From positions 186,001 to 250,000 of the IMG/VR virus record IMGVR_UViG_3300046516_001816: a DNA stretch of 64,000 bases, one strand, 5' to 3'. This document shows, piece after piece, positions 36,926 through 46,234 of this stretch. The translations under genes and the position numbers were made by a program. The notes under the pieces are model-generated. The model had not been told where the DNA came from and did no database searches. It was given only the letters and a program-made list of their open reading frames with translations. Each line of letters starts with the position of its first letter. The first letter of the stretch is position 1.

Positions 36926-37444
36926 ATGCAGTCCACCGCCACTAAGCTGCGCATCAAGTTTAACAAAGTACGGCGGGACACCCGCTGGAAGAAACCCAAT
37001 GCCCGTTTCATTTTGATCAGTCGTGATTTGCGTGAACCGACGGCGGTCCCGTGGCAACCGCTGATCGAGACATGCTACCAGGATTACGCTGACTTTATGA
37101 AGCGGGGTTGGCACAAAGGACACGTCTACGTCTTCCCCATACGTGGACGTCAACCCGGTGTGGTGTATGACCAGCTGATGGATCGGCTGGCACCGGAGCA
37201 ATCGCCGGAAGAAGACCTCGACACTGATCTGTTAGGACTCGACGCACTTCATCCCTTCGCCTCCACAGGGGGTGAGCTTCGCAGTCGCAAGCAGATGTTG
37301 AGCACACAGGTGAAGGCACCGGTCGAAATCCTCAATGCCGATGGCACGAAAGGCGTCATCGTTCGCCAGGTTACCCCGAGCCTGGATGAAGAGATGGCAC
37401 GTCTGAACGCCAGTCTTTCTATCAAAGGGCCGACCCGTGAGTGA
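36926..37444 (+). CDS. Hypothetical protein
   Basis: GAGGAG RBS. Confidence 0.65.
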   Translation: MQSTATKLRIKFNKVRRDTRWKKPNARFILISRDLREPTAVPWQPLIETCYQDYADFMKRGWHKGHVYVFPIRGRQPGVVYDQLMDRLAPEQSPEEDLDTDLLGLDALHPFASTGGELRSRKQMLSTQVKAPVEILNADGTKGVIVRQVTPSLDEEMARLNASLSIKGPTRE

Positions 37445-37739
37445 CATCGCGAAGTTGTTTGTCTGGAATGGCGAGCCGGATCTGAAGCTCAAGAATCTGG
37501 ACGTCGATATGGATAAGCTCTACGAGCGTCTTAAGGCAGAGATGGCCAAGCGCCATGCGATCGGTCAGTCGATGTTTTTCAGCAAGACGCTCCCCGATCT
37601 GTCTGAAATCTTCATCGGCGTGGACCCCGGTGATCAGGTCAACCGTCCCACGATCATGAAGGTGTTGAAAGCCAAGCCCCAGGGTGGCGAACGTCTCCAG
37701 TTCGTTGTCCTGGATTCGTATTGTGGTTTCAAGGAATAA
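37437..37739 (+). CDS. Hypothetical protein
   Basis: Coupled GTG start. Confidence 0.55.
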   Translation: MSDIAKLFVWNGEPDLKLKNLDVDMDKLYERLKAEMAKRHAIGQSMFFSKTLPDLSEIFIGVDPGDQVNRPTIMKVLKAKPQGGERLQFVVLDSYCGFKE

Positions 37740-37741
37740 TA

Positions 37742-38296
37742 ATGCTCAGCAAACAAACCAAGGAACGCATCCACAAGAACAAGCAACGTCGACGGATGTT
37801 TCGTAACAAGTCAGCACGGGATCTCTTTCTGTCGCTCTACAGCGATCCGCATATCGCTCGACCGAATCGCAACGGCCTGAATTTCATGGCGCATCTACGC
37901 GAGCACATCAAGGGCGGCATGATGTCGGGTGATCTGTTTGTGATGCCTGCATTGGTCCGTCCCAGTCAATGTAAGTCGGACCTCGTGGGGTCTGAGGGCC
38001 GTCGCGCCCTGATGACTGGTGGTAAGTCTCTCATCGCCACGAAAGACCCCTATTCGGTCGTACTCGACAACGACACGTTGCTCAAGGGTGGCGACCTCCG
38101 GCAGATTTTCACCCGCATGCACGCGCAGCAACAGGTGCGGATGTTGGATGAGGCGCATATGGCGCCGCGCATGATTGTCCATCCGGATGGCCGCAAAGAA
38201 ATCATCGGCTGGAGTTACGTCGATGGTCCGTATGACAGGAATAACAAGGAAAACAAAGATGCTCAGCAGTCAAGTGAAAGCACGAATCGCCCGTAA
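37742..38296 (+). CDS. Hypothetical protein with an Arg-rich N-terminus
   Basis: AAGGA RBS; MLSKQTKERIHKNKQRRR. Confidence 0.65.
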   Translation: MLSKQTKERIHKNKQRRRMFRNKSARDLFLSLYSDPHIARPNRNGLNFMAHLREHIKGGMMSGDLFVMPALVRPSQCKSDLVGSEGRRALMTGGKSLIATKDPYSVVLDNDTLLKGGDLRQIFTRMHAQQQVRMLDEAHMAPRMIVHPDGRKEIIGWSYVDGPYDRNNKENKDAQQSSESTNRP

Positions 38297-38660
38297 TAAG
38301 AACCGGCGGCGTTATCGCCTGAAGCTTAAGCAGGATGGTCAGGACTGGATGGACTTTAGCCAAACGTTGCGTTCACGGTTGCCTGCTGGTCTAGCCCGCA
38401 TCAAAAGACAGGCGGACGGCGCCATGGAGATTGACTTCCCGCTCAGTACGTCAGACGACAGCACCAACCCCAACAACTGTCTGACCTGTGACCATCACCA
38501 AAACCCCGACGGCGGGCACTGCTATATGTTCCGTGACGCCCCCACGGAAGTCTGCATGCAGCACACGGGTCGCCAGATGCCGGGCTTCTTGAAGGAGTTC
38601 TACGCTGACATGATGCCTCGGCTTCCGGATGACCAGTGGAAGGTGTTGTTCAAGGGTTAA
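38259..38660 (+). CDS. Hypothetical protein with an Arg-rich N-terminus and a Cys/His cluster
   Basis: AAGGA RBS; MLSSQVKARIARNKNRRR; CLTC...HC...C..H. Confidence 0.65.
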   Translation: MLSSQVKARIARNKNRRRYRLKLKQDGQDWMDFSQTLRSRLPAGLARIKRQADGAMEIDFPLSTSDDSTNPNNCLTCDHHQNPDGGHCYMFRDAPTEVCMQHTGRQMPGFLKEFYADMMPRLPDDQWKVLFKG

Positions 38661-38696
38661 GCTGTTCTTTCAATTAAACTAAACCAAGGAAACAGA

Positions 38697-40109
38697 GTGA
38701 AAAACGAACTCACGATCAGCAAATTGATGATGATGGAAATGCCGGGTTACCGTGAGCAGTACCGACGTATCTATACGGGCTCGGGTGATCACGTCGGGAT
38801 TCACCAGTTCGCTGAAACGATCAATACCCTGGATGACGTCGAAGTCACCGGGGCGATCGCCGCGCAGCACGTCCACAAAGTGTTGCGCTTTGCGGACCAA
38901 CCCGAACCGAGTGCGCCGATTCCCTTTGGCTGGGACGCGCCACGGTATTCGTTCTTGCTGGTGGTGGAAACGAAAACGCCGATGGGCAGCAAAGAGATCA
39001 CGCATCTGGCTGGTTACACCGACCGCGTGGCGCCGATTGGCGAGCTGGAGTTTCATATCAACAGCACAGCGACCTGGCGAGAAATGCCTAATCGCGACGG
39101 CAGCGGCTACACGCTCATGTCGCAAGATCACCTGCACATGGATCCGAACGGTCAAGCGCTCTCGGGCGGGAATTACTCGGAGTTGATGCGCCCGAAGGAT
39201 ATCTTCTCGCGGCTGTCGCTGGGTGACGGACTGGCCATGGAAGAGGTGATCGATTTGCGCACCCGTGTCTCGGCGTATGCGACGCGTTCGGACCGCTACA
39301 ATGTCGTGCCGTCGGCGTGGCTTTCCAAGCTGGTGGAAGCATATCTGTCGGCGCTGCAAGATGAACTGGCCGCCAATGAAAGCACGGGGCTCTGGCACGT
39401 GTGTCAGGTTCACGCTGAAGAAACCCCGATCCGTTACAATCCGGTCCTCAGTGCCTTGGCGCAATTGGCAGCCAAACAAAACGGCACGTTCACCTTCGAC
39501 GATCTGAAACTCCTCGATAGCGAAGTCGCTGAGAAGACGACCGTTGCCAACCAGGGTAGTGATGACGCCAATGCAAAACTGATCTACTCGAACAATTATG
39601 AGGACTGGGACGTCGCAGTCGGGGAAGGCGAAGTCAGTCACGCTACGATTGCTTATGCGGCTGGCATGGCGTTACCACCCGTGATGAATGAGGCGGGGTT
39701 GTCCAGTGCGCATTTCGTGGTGCTGTATTCGCCGGACAGTCCGGCGAGCGTCGAAGTGCGCATCATCACAGTGAGCCCGATCTTTGCAACAAGCGATCTG
39801 AAAGCCGCGATTGATTTGTTTGTGTACGAGTTTGAAACGCTGGTCTTGCCGCAACTCGCGCCGCGCGATTACGAAGGCATCGAAACGTTGTTCCTCGAGA
39901 TCGACGCGGATCTCTACGGCACCACTGCGGTACGGGTGGCGCTGGATAAGCCCGAGAACACCAAGACGTTTTTGTTGCCCTCGTTTGCGGATTCGCTGCT
40001 GAGCCCGCTGCTGACCATCGAAGCCTGCAACACCACCAAGGACTTTATGGATCTCACGATCCTCGCCCGGGAGCTGGAAGCCGGACTGTCTCGGTTGACG
40101 GTGAAGTAG
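38697..40109 (+). CDS. Large hypothetical jumbo-phage protein
   Basis: TAAACCAAGGA leader; 470 aa. Confidence 0.7.
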   Translation: MKNELTISKLMMMEMPGYREQYRRIYTGSGDHVGIHQFAETINTLDDVEVTGAIAAQHVHKVLRFADQPEPSAPIPFGWDAPRYSFLLVVETKTPMGSKEITHLAGYTDRVAPIGELEFHINSTATWREMPNRDGSGYTLMSQDHLHMDPNGQALSGGNYSELMRPKDIFSRLSLGDGLAMEEVIDLRTRVSAYATRSDRYNVVPSAWLSKLVEAYLSALQDELAANESTGLWHVCQVHAEETPIRYNPVLSALAQLAAKQNGTFTFDDLKLLDSEVAEKTTVANQGSDDANAKLIYSNNYEDWDVAVGEGEVSHATIAYAAGMALPPVMNEAGLSSAHFVVLYSPDSPASVEVRIITVSPIFATSDLKAAIDLFVYEFETLVLPQLAPRDYEGIETLFLEIDADLYGTTAVRVALDKPENTKTFLLPSFADSLLSPLLTIEACNTTKDFMDLTILARELEAGLSRLTVK

Positions 40110-40218
40110 TGCGACCCCCGCTTGGTCTTTGACCCCCAAGCGGGTTAAGGGACTCCATGATAAGTCAATACTTTCATGGATCCCCTTTTTTTATGACGCA
40201 CACTCACAAGGAGCTAGC

Positions 40219-40620
40219 ATGAATACCGGGATGTTGCAGTTTGTTCCTACGGCCGATACGTTAATTCCCACCACCGAGAGCGCGGTGTTAGCCGCGATCA
40301 GTACGTACGCCGGCGCTGAGATTGCGGGCAGCAGCGAGCATATCGACGAAGCGTTTCAGATGCTCAAATCGATGGCGATCACGCAGCTCAATCTAGTGGA
40401 TGGCAGTTTCGCGTACTACTACTATTTTGATGATAACAACAATGCCTTTCTGGTGTTAGCGGGACCCGCCGGCATGCAGACCCTGGATCATCATCCGCCT
40501 CAGCACGTACGCTTGCAATTGATTCTCGACCCGACGGGCACGATCCTGGGAAGTGGTGAGTGCTATATCACCAACATGCCGTTCTCTCCAGCTTCTCCCT
40601 TCTCGCCTGTTTTTTCCTAA
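40219..40620 (+). CDS. Hypothetical protein
   Basis: AAGGAG RBS. Confidence 0.6.
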   Translation: MNTGMLQFVPTADTLIPTTESAVLAAISTYAGAEIAGSSEHIDEAFQMLKSMAITQLNLVDGSFAYYYYFDDNNNAFLVLAGPAGMQTLDHHPPQHVRLQLILDPTGTILGSGECYITNMPFSPASPFSPVFS

Positions 40621-40644
40621 CTGATCCGACAACGAGTTAAAAAC

Positions 40645-40998
40645 ATGTCAACCAAACGCGCAGGCTGGCTCATCGGGGCAGCAGCCGTCGCAACCATTCT
40701 TATAACGAACCATTACGAAGCAGGAGCCACCAGCCAGGTGGTGTTTCACTCTGCGTTGACGCAAGGGCCCCGAGATACGCTGGATCAGATTGTGCAGGAC
40801 GCAGCCAACGATGGCGGTCAGATCGTACGCTGTGACGCCATGCAACACTGTATCGATCTGGAGAGCAAAGAAGACATGGGGGATGCGCAATCCGGTTATT
40901 ACGTGGTCTTCCCGTCGGAGCCGAAATATAAAGGCAAGCTGCAACAGTATCAGCAACGCATTCAAAACTGGATGAAGAACCGGACAGAAAACGAATGA
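40645..40998 (+). CDS. Exported or membrane-anchored hypothetical protein
   Basis: N-terminal KR followed by a hydrophobic segment. Confidence 0.65.
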   Translation: MSTKRAGWLIGAAAVATILITNHYEAGATSQVVFHSALTQGPRDTLDQIVQDAANDGGQIVRCDAMQHCIDLESKEDMGDAQSGYYVVFPSEPKYKGKLQQYQQRIQNWMKNRTENE

Positions 40999-41111
40999 CA
41001 TACAGGCTAGGCTGGGGGCAACCCTGGCCTAGCCTTTTATGCCCCCTTTTTTCTTTCTATAAATACAAGTATTTAACCCTAAAACAACGATTCTAGAAAA
41101 AGTCAAACATA

Positions 41112-41119
41112 TATACTAC
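41112..41119 (+). promoter_or_regulatory. Early-promoter-like motif (TATACTAC)
   Basis: AT-rich upstream tract; precedes the small-membrane-protein operon. Confidence 0.55.
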
Positions 41120-41185
41120 CCGTGAGCTTAGTCCAATGAAGACAGCTCAAACCCTTTATAACGCAATAAACCAAGGAGTAGTAAA

Positions 41186-41641
41186 ATGAACGCACTTCAA
41201 ATGATCGGTCGCCGTGGCTTTGACGCAGCAACAAACGGTGCAGCGCTGGCTGCTGAAGGCATCATCGAAGGTACGGTGACGCTGGTCGATACCGCCGGCA
41301 ACGTGATTGCCGAAGGCGTGCCGGCTACCTTCACCGAGACGCTCGGTGACAAGGTGAAGAAGGTCGCCACCAACAAGTACGTCATCGGCAGCGTGGCCGC
41401 TGTCGCTGTGGCGGCTGCTGCGTACGGTACGTACCGTTTCCTGAATCGTGACAAGAAGAAGGTCACGAAGAAGGACAAGGGTCACGACTTCATGAAGTCC
41501 GCGGAGCACGTGGTCGAGATGACGGAAGATCAGGCTGCGGAAGCGGTCGAGCTTGCTCGTGCCAACCTGCAAGCCGCAGAAGCTGTCCTCACCAAGAGCA
41601 AGGCCAAGAAGGCAGGCAAGAAGGACACCGCAGCTGCGTAA
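41186..41641 (+). CDS. Single-TM, Lys-rich protein
   Basis: TAAACCAAGGAG leader; IGSVAAVAVAAAAYGTYRF followed by K-rich segments. Confidence 0.75.
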   Translation: MNALQMIGRRGFDAATNGAALAAEGIIEGTVTLVDTAGNVIAEGVPATFTETLGDKVKKVATNKYVIGSVAAVAVAAAAYGTYRFLNRDKKKVTKKDKGHDFMKSAEHVVEMTEDQAAEAVELARANLQAAEAVLTKSKAKKAGKKDTAAA

Positions 41642-41706
41642 GCTAGCGGAGTAGGAACGGGGGGAGCGCTGAGCTCCCCTTCTTTCAATCAGTTGGAGAA
41701 AAGAAC

Positions 41707-41904
41707 ATGAACGGTCTGAAGGCTTTTGGCATTGGCGTAGGCGCAACAGCAGGGATCATCATCGGCGTCTATGCAGGCGTCAAGGGCATCGAGATGATCG
41801 GTTACATGGCAGCAAAGCGCGAAGGCGCAATGCAAAAGCGCATGGATAAAGAGTTTGATCGTCGGGTCGACGAAGCAGTCAAGCAGAAGTTGTTCCAGGC
41901 TTAA
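41707..41904 (+). CDS. Small Gly-rich TM protein
   Basis: GGAG RBS; FGIGVGATAGIIIGVYAGV. Confidence 0.7.
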   Translation: MNGLKAFGIGVGATAGIIIGVYAGVKGIEMIGYMAAKREGAMQKRMDKEFDRRVDEAVKQKLFQA

Positions 41905-41956
41905 CCTCAACACCAATAACACATCTAAACCAACTGTTAGGGAAAAGGAAATCATC

Positions 41957-42388
41957 ATGTCGAACGCACTCAAAGTAGCCGCAGCAGTCGCAGGTATCGC
42001 AGCCGTCGGTGCAGCCACGTACTACGGTCTGCGCAAGTACGAAGATCACAAGTTCAACAAGTGGGTCGATGAGAGCCACGGTAAGGCCAAGGCCAAGGTC
42101 GGCGGTGTGGAGGAGTTCAAGACCACGACCGAGAAGACGAAGGAAGATGGCAAGGTGTTCGTGAAGACGGTGTCGGTGCGCGAGACGGCGGATGCCACCA
42201 CGACGATCGCGACGCATGCCACGCAGAATCGCAAGCTCGGTATGAACATGGCCAGCACGCTGACGGTCACGGTGCCGAAGGTGGAAGTGAAAGCAAAGCC
42301 GGTCGTGAAGCACGTGACCCGCAAGCCCGCCGCGAAGACCCCGGCTGTGAAGACCGCAGCCAAGCGCACCCTGAAGAAGGCTGCGTAA
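41957..42388 (+). CDS. Single-TM protein with a histone-H1-like K/A/P tail
   Basis: VAAAVAGIAAVGAATYYGL; KPAAKTPAVKTAAKRTLKKAA. Confidence 0.75.
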   Translation: MSNALKVAAAVAGIAAVGAATYYGLRKYEDHKFNKWVDESHGKAKAKVGGVEEFKTTTEKTKEDGKVFVKTVSVRETADATTTIATHATQNRKLGMNMASTLTVTVPKVEVKAKPVVKHVTRKPAAKTPAVKTAAKRTLKKAA

Positions 42389-42463
42389 CGTAAGCCGGCC
42401 ACCTTCGGGTGGCCTTGTAGTTTTCTCCGCAATAAATCCAAACCAATCTTCAGGAGTAGCAAA

Positions 42464-42724
42464 ATGAAAGAAGCAATCAAGACCTTCGCTTGTGTCGGTG
42501 CTTACGCAGCTGGTGTGGTAGTGGGCATGACGGTGGCAGGCCAGACCATCATCGCTATCGAAAAGCGCAGCGCGCGCAAGAAGCTGGAAAAGGCTGTGAA
42601 GGAAGGTCAGGCTGCTGCTGCGGATCTCGACACGCTCGAGAAGCGCGCCGCGATGGCCACGACCTTCGGTGGCAACGCACTCGCCATGATGGGTGCCGCC
42701 GTCGCCACGACGCACCGCAAGTAA
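42464..42724 (+). CDS. Small TM protein
   Basis: AGGAG RBS; ACVGAYAAGVVVGMTVAG. Confidence 0.7.
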   Translation: MKEAIKTFACVGAYAAGVVVGMTVAGQTIIAIEKRSARKKLEKAVKEGQAAAADLDTLEKRAAMATTFGGNALAMMGAAVATTHRK

Positions 42725-42807
42725 AGCGCAGTTCTCCCCCAACAACCCAGCATCCAAGCAGGCGTTCACGAAGAGCGCCTAGTTAAACACATTCAAGGAG
42801 TAGGAAC

Positions 42808-43008
42808 ATGTCGGCATTGAAAGACGTTGCAAAGTGCGCAGCCATTGGTGTAGCCGTGGGCGCAGGTGTGATCGGTGGTTTCTACGTGGGTGGCAAGCTC
42901 TGCAATGCAAGCTTCAAGGCAGCAGACTGGACCAAGTCGAAGTTCTCGAAGAACAAGGCTGCCCAGGCCGACGCCGCACCCGCTGAGACGCAAGCCGCAG
43001 CGAGCTAA
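42808..43008 (+). CDS. Small Gly-rich TM protein
   Basis: AAGGAG RBS; AAIGVAVGAGVIGGFYVGG. Confidence 0.7.
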   Translation: MSALKDVAKCAAIGVAVGAGVIGGFYVGGKLCNASFKAADWTKSKFSKNKAAQADAAPAETQAAAS

Positions 43009-43071
43009 TCCCCCCTCTCGTAGCGTGCCGGGGTTCGCCCCGGCCGCTATGCCGTTAAACTGGAGAGCGTA

Positions 43072-43332
43072 ATGAATATCGTCTTATGGTGGTATGTGAA
43101 TGATCCGCTGGGGACGATTCTCACTGCACTTTCGTTCCTGGCAGTTCTGGCAATGGTTCTGATCCCTCTGGCTATCGACCGCGTCTACGGTCATCAGACA
43201 GACGAAGAACTGGTCCAACAAATCCTGGCTGAGATTCAAGCCAAACTTAATAACAAATCCCAAACCAACGTCACTGATGAAAACGTTCACGAACAACGAA
43301 GTCGCAACAACGATGCGCAGGTTGTACGATAG
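43072..43332 (+). CDS. Small TM protein
   Basis: GGAG RBS; ILTALSFLAVLAMVLIPLAI. Confidence 0.6.
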   Translation: MNIVLWWYVNDPLGTILTALSFLAVLAMVLIPLAIDRVYGHQTDEELVQQILAEIQAKLNNKSQTNVTDENVHEQRSRNNDAQVVR

Positions 43333-43579
43333 CAAGGCTGTCTTTTCGCATGTGCTGAAACAGCTGACCCCGGTGGTGCAGGACCCCACGCTGGATGACG
43401 AACTTATCACCAGCATGGAGCGTGACGCGATCGAGTTTCTGGACAAGGTCCTCCACTCGGTCGCCGGCAGTACCGTCTGGTGTAAGGCGATTGAGATTGC
43501 CTACACCCCCAACACCCTGGTGGGCTACAAGCGTGTCGCGGAATACTACCGCCGCGCTGAAGCCATCCAGGCGCTGTAA
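43277..43579 (+). CDS. Hypothetical protein
   Basis: ORF overlapping the previous gene. Confidence 0.55.
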   Translation: MKTFTNNEVATTMRRLYDSKAVFSHVLKQLTPVVQDPTLDDELITSMERDAIEFLDKVLHSVAGSTVWCKAIEIAYTPNTLVGYKRVAEYYRRAEAIQAL

Positions 43580-43645
43580 GCAGTAAGTCATAATACCCGG
43601 GCCTCTTCGGAGGTCCACACATAAACCAAGACTAGGAGCATCACC

Positions 43646-44257
43646 ATGAACGCAATCGTTAAGCAAGCTGCTGTGAAGAACGTGAAGAAGGCATCGGACG
43701 GCGTGCTGCGTATGGCCGCCAGCGCACTGAAGTTCCGTGAAGACGAATTCCGTATCGGCCAGACCACCACCGCGCAACTCGGTAACCCGGGTGACACGGA
43801 CTGGACTGATGAAACGCACGCCAACGTGCCGGTCGTGATTATCGACAAGCAACGCTGCACCGTGACGTTCAAGATGTATTACCTGATCACCAAGGTGGGC
43901 GATCGGGAATACGTCGGCCGTGCGAGCGACTCACGCGGCAGCGACAGCGTCGAGGGTGACGTGTACTGCACGAACGCCCGGCGCTTTGGTAGCAAGGCGC
44001 AGAAATGGACGGGTATCACGACTTTCCTGGGCGCGGCGGACTCGCTGCATTTCACGTTGCCGATCTACGACGCGGAGATGAACGCGCAGAAGATCACGAG
44101 CGCCCAGCTCGATGCCGCACTCCAGTGTCTGCGTGCTTACTTCGATCCGCTGATCGCGGAAGCAGAAGCCGAAGGCAACATGGAAGCGCGCCAACTGTGG
44201 GCACACGACTTCGCAGAGAAAGAGTTGATCGTGCGCCTGATGTGGCAAAACTCGTAA
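43646..44257 (+). CDS. Hypothetical protein
   Basis: AGGAG RBS; strong codon bias. Confidence 0.7.
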   Translation: MNAIVKQAAVKNVKKASDGVLRMAASALKFREDEFRIGQTTTAQLGNPGDTDWTDETHANVPVVIIDKQRCTVTFKMYYLITKVGDREYVGRASDSRGSDSVEGDVYCTNARRFGSKAQKWTGITTFLGAADSLHFTLPIYDAEMNAQKITSAQLDAALQCLRAYFDPLIAEAEAEGNMEARQLWAHDFAEKELIVRLMWQNS

Positions 44258-44303
44258 TTGCAGGGGTGTCATCCGGCACCCCCGTTCTTTTAAGGAGAAC
44301 AAC

Positions 44304-44459
44304 ATGGACAAGTTCATGTGGTGGGTGCGGGAAGACGGCTCGGCCGAGTTGGTCGAGGTGTTGAAGCAGGTGCGTACGGGCGCTTTGGCGATACGCGATC
44401 GCAACGTGTATCACCTGGTGCTGGCGGATGAGCTCCAGAAGGAACATCCGTATTGGTAA
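44304..44459 (+). CDS. Small hypothetical protein (51 aa, MDKFMWWVRE...), not in the ORF track
   Basis: AAGGAG RBS; read manually; followed by a terminator hairpin. Confidence 0.6.
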   Translation: MDKFMWWVREDGSAELVEVLKQVRTGALAIRDRNVYHLVLADELQKEHPYW

Positions 44460-44515
44460 TCTCATGGGGGAACTTCGGTTCCCCTCTTATTACACTAAAC
44501 CATTCGAGGCAGTTC

Positions 44516-44938
44516 ATGGATTACATTTTCGGTATTTCGTACGCGCAGTCAGTTTACCTGATGGGCGTGTCGTTGTGCATTCTGTTTCAGCTTGTGGTCG
44601 GCAGCTGGCTGCATTTCGGCAAGAGCGACATGGCAGTGGTTGCGCGCATGACGCGTGAGGAGAAGCTCGCCACGCTCTACCTGCGTGTGGGTTTGGTGGG
44701 CTACGTCTGCTGGATGCTGGTCGCCACCGCGTTCTTCACGTATTTCTTTCTCACGCTGGGTTGGTACGTCGCCCTCGTCGTGGGATTGATCGGTGGTGCA
44801 GTGCTCATGCCGTTCCAGTTCTACAAGCTGGTGAAGATCAGCAAGAATCAAGACGCACTCAATCGTGCGAAACTTTTCATGGATTACGATCTGCAATGGC
44901 CGAGCATGCGCTCGCTGAGCGTAAAGCGCGGTCGTTAA
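44516..44938 (+). CDS. Multi-pass membrane protein
   Basis: GAGG RBS; three hydrophobic helices. Confidence 0.7.
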   Translation: MDYIFGISYAQSVYLMGVSLCILFQLVVGSWLHFGKSDMAVVARMTREEKLATLYLRVGLVGYVCWMLVATAFFTYFFLTLGWYVALVVGLIGGAVLMPFQFYKLVKISKNQDALNRAKLFMDYDLQWPSMRSLSVKRGR

Positions 44939-44955
44939 ACGTTTAGGAGGTTGTC

Positions 44956-45165
44956 ATGGTCCGCCGCATCGATGCTATTCCCGCGTTTCAATCGTTTCAG
45001 CAATACCTGAATCAGGCGCCTGCACAACCTCTTGTGAAAGGTGTGGTAAAGGCGCAGTTGAACGAGCTTCCGAGCTCGACGCATGTCGTGATTTCCGCTG
45101 AAGGTCGCCGTCGTTTGGCCGCCGCTCAGTTGGAAGCACGGGTGCCTTACGACATCGAACTGTAA
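44956..45165 (+). CDS. Small hypothetical protein
   Basis: AGGAGG RBS; V.ISAEGRRRL motif. Confidence 0.6.
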   Translation: MVRRIDAIPAFQSFQQYLNQAPAQPLVKGVVKAQLNELPSSTHVVISAEGRRRLAAAQLEARVPYDIEL

Positions 45166-45249
45166 GAGTTTCCTCTGCTGTATCTTTGAGGGGCCTTCGG
45201 GTCCCTCTTTTTTTGTTTAATCCTGTGTCTTTTACAGGAGATCCTTGCT

Positions 45250-45612
45250 ATGTTTCAAAAGCTCCAGGCTTTATGGGCGCGTGTGCAACCACTCATCACC
45301 TTTGCGCAGACGCGTCGTCTGACAGCCAAGACCTTTAGCGATATGTTCACCAACTGGAACGGCGACGTCGATCCAGCACGCTTGGTGGGCTATGGTTTCG
45401 TGATGCTCGGTGGCATTCAGTTTCTGTCGCTCTCGCTCTACGACACCCTGAAAAATCACACGTTCAATTACATGGGGTTCTCCACTGGCCTCGTGGCGAT
45501 CTCCGGTGCCATCACAGCTGCGGCCGCTGGGGTGCGCTGGAAGCAACTGGCTGAAGCGCCGATGCCTCCGGCAGGTGACCCCGTGTTCAACCCGCCGAAC
45601 GCGAATGGTTGA
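45250..45612 (+). CDS. Two-TM membrane protein (holin-like size and topology)
   Basis: AGGAG RBS; two hydrophobic helices. Confidence 0.6.
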   Translation: MFQKLQALWARVQPLITFAQTRRLTAKTFSDMFTNWNGDVDPARLVGYGFVMLGGIQFLSLSLYDTLKNHTFNYMGFSTGLVAISGAITAAAAGVRWKQLAEAPMPPAGDPVFNPPNANG

Positions 45613-45619
45613 TAGTATT

Positions 45620-46205
45620 TACCGCCGCCCAGTAGAAAGTTACTCGGGCGTTATGGTATGCGGAGAGAAATCTCTGGATCATGGAATGCGTTAGATAGGG
45701 TTAGACACTGTCTGATGAGCGGTGCAAGTCCGCAGCGGTTTTGGGGGGATGCGCAATGCTAACTCTTGAGGCCGCCCAGGTGCAACGCCTGCGAAACCTC
45801 GTGGCACAGACTCCCTGGGTCTGGTGGTGGTAGGGATGGCTTTAGCTCAGATACTGTCGGGATGACAGAAAAATGGCGGGCAGCGGAAGGAGAGAACGGG
45901 CCTTCTTTGATCCTTATCGGTTTAGCCGCGTTGTAACAGTCTGCTCACGAGTTACCGTGCTCGACTGCCAGGTTTACCAGACCTGGAACGGTACGCCCAG
46001 TATAGCTGGGAAGTTGTAGCCTAGTTGATGCTTCGGCTCCTAGGACGCAGCCTGCAAGAGATGATGGTGTTCGGTGCGTGGGTCATTCACGCAAGCGTCA
46101 GAGACTGGCTGTCTCTGGAACCAGGATAAACTTATCGAAACGGTCGTCTCCCCGGATGAGATAAGCGGAACTGCTTCACACCCGTCTCTTGTGGGATGCG
46201 GATCC
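45620..46205 (+). ncRNA. Candidate large ornate structured ncRNA (~590 nt)
   Basis: No credible ORF; many hairpins including two T-loop-type stems (45719-45733, 45777-45791); ends at a hairpin plus T-run. Confidence 0.65.
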
Positions 46206-46234
46206 CTTTTTTTATTTTGTCAACTTGCCATGAC

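Noticed and set aside
45250-45612. Definite holin call
   Set aside because: The two-TM topology fits, but there is no adjacent endolysin or spanin, so it is kept as a membrane protein.
45712-45740. Hammerhead ribozyme (CTGATGA followed by a hairpin)
   Set aside because: The required GAAA after stem II is absent (AGCG instead), and flanking stems I and III were not found.
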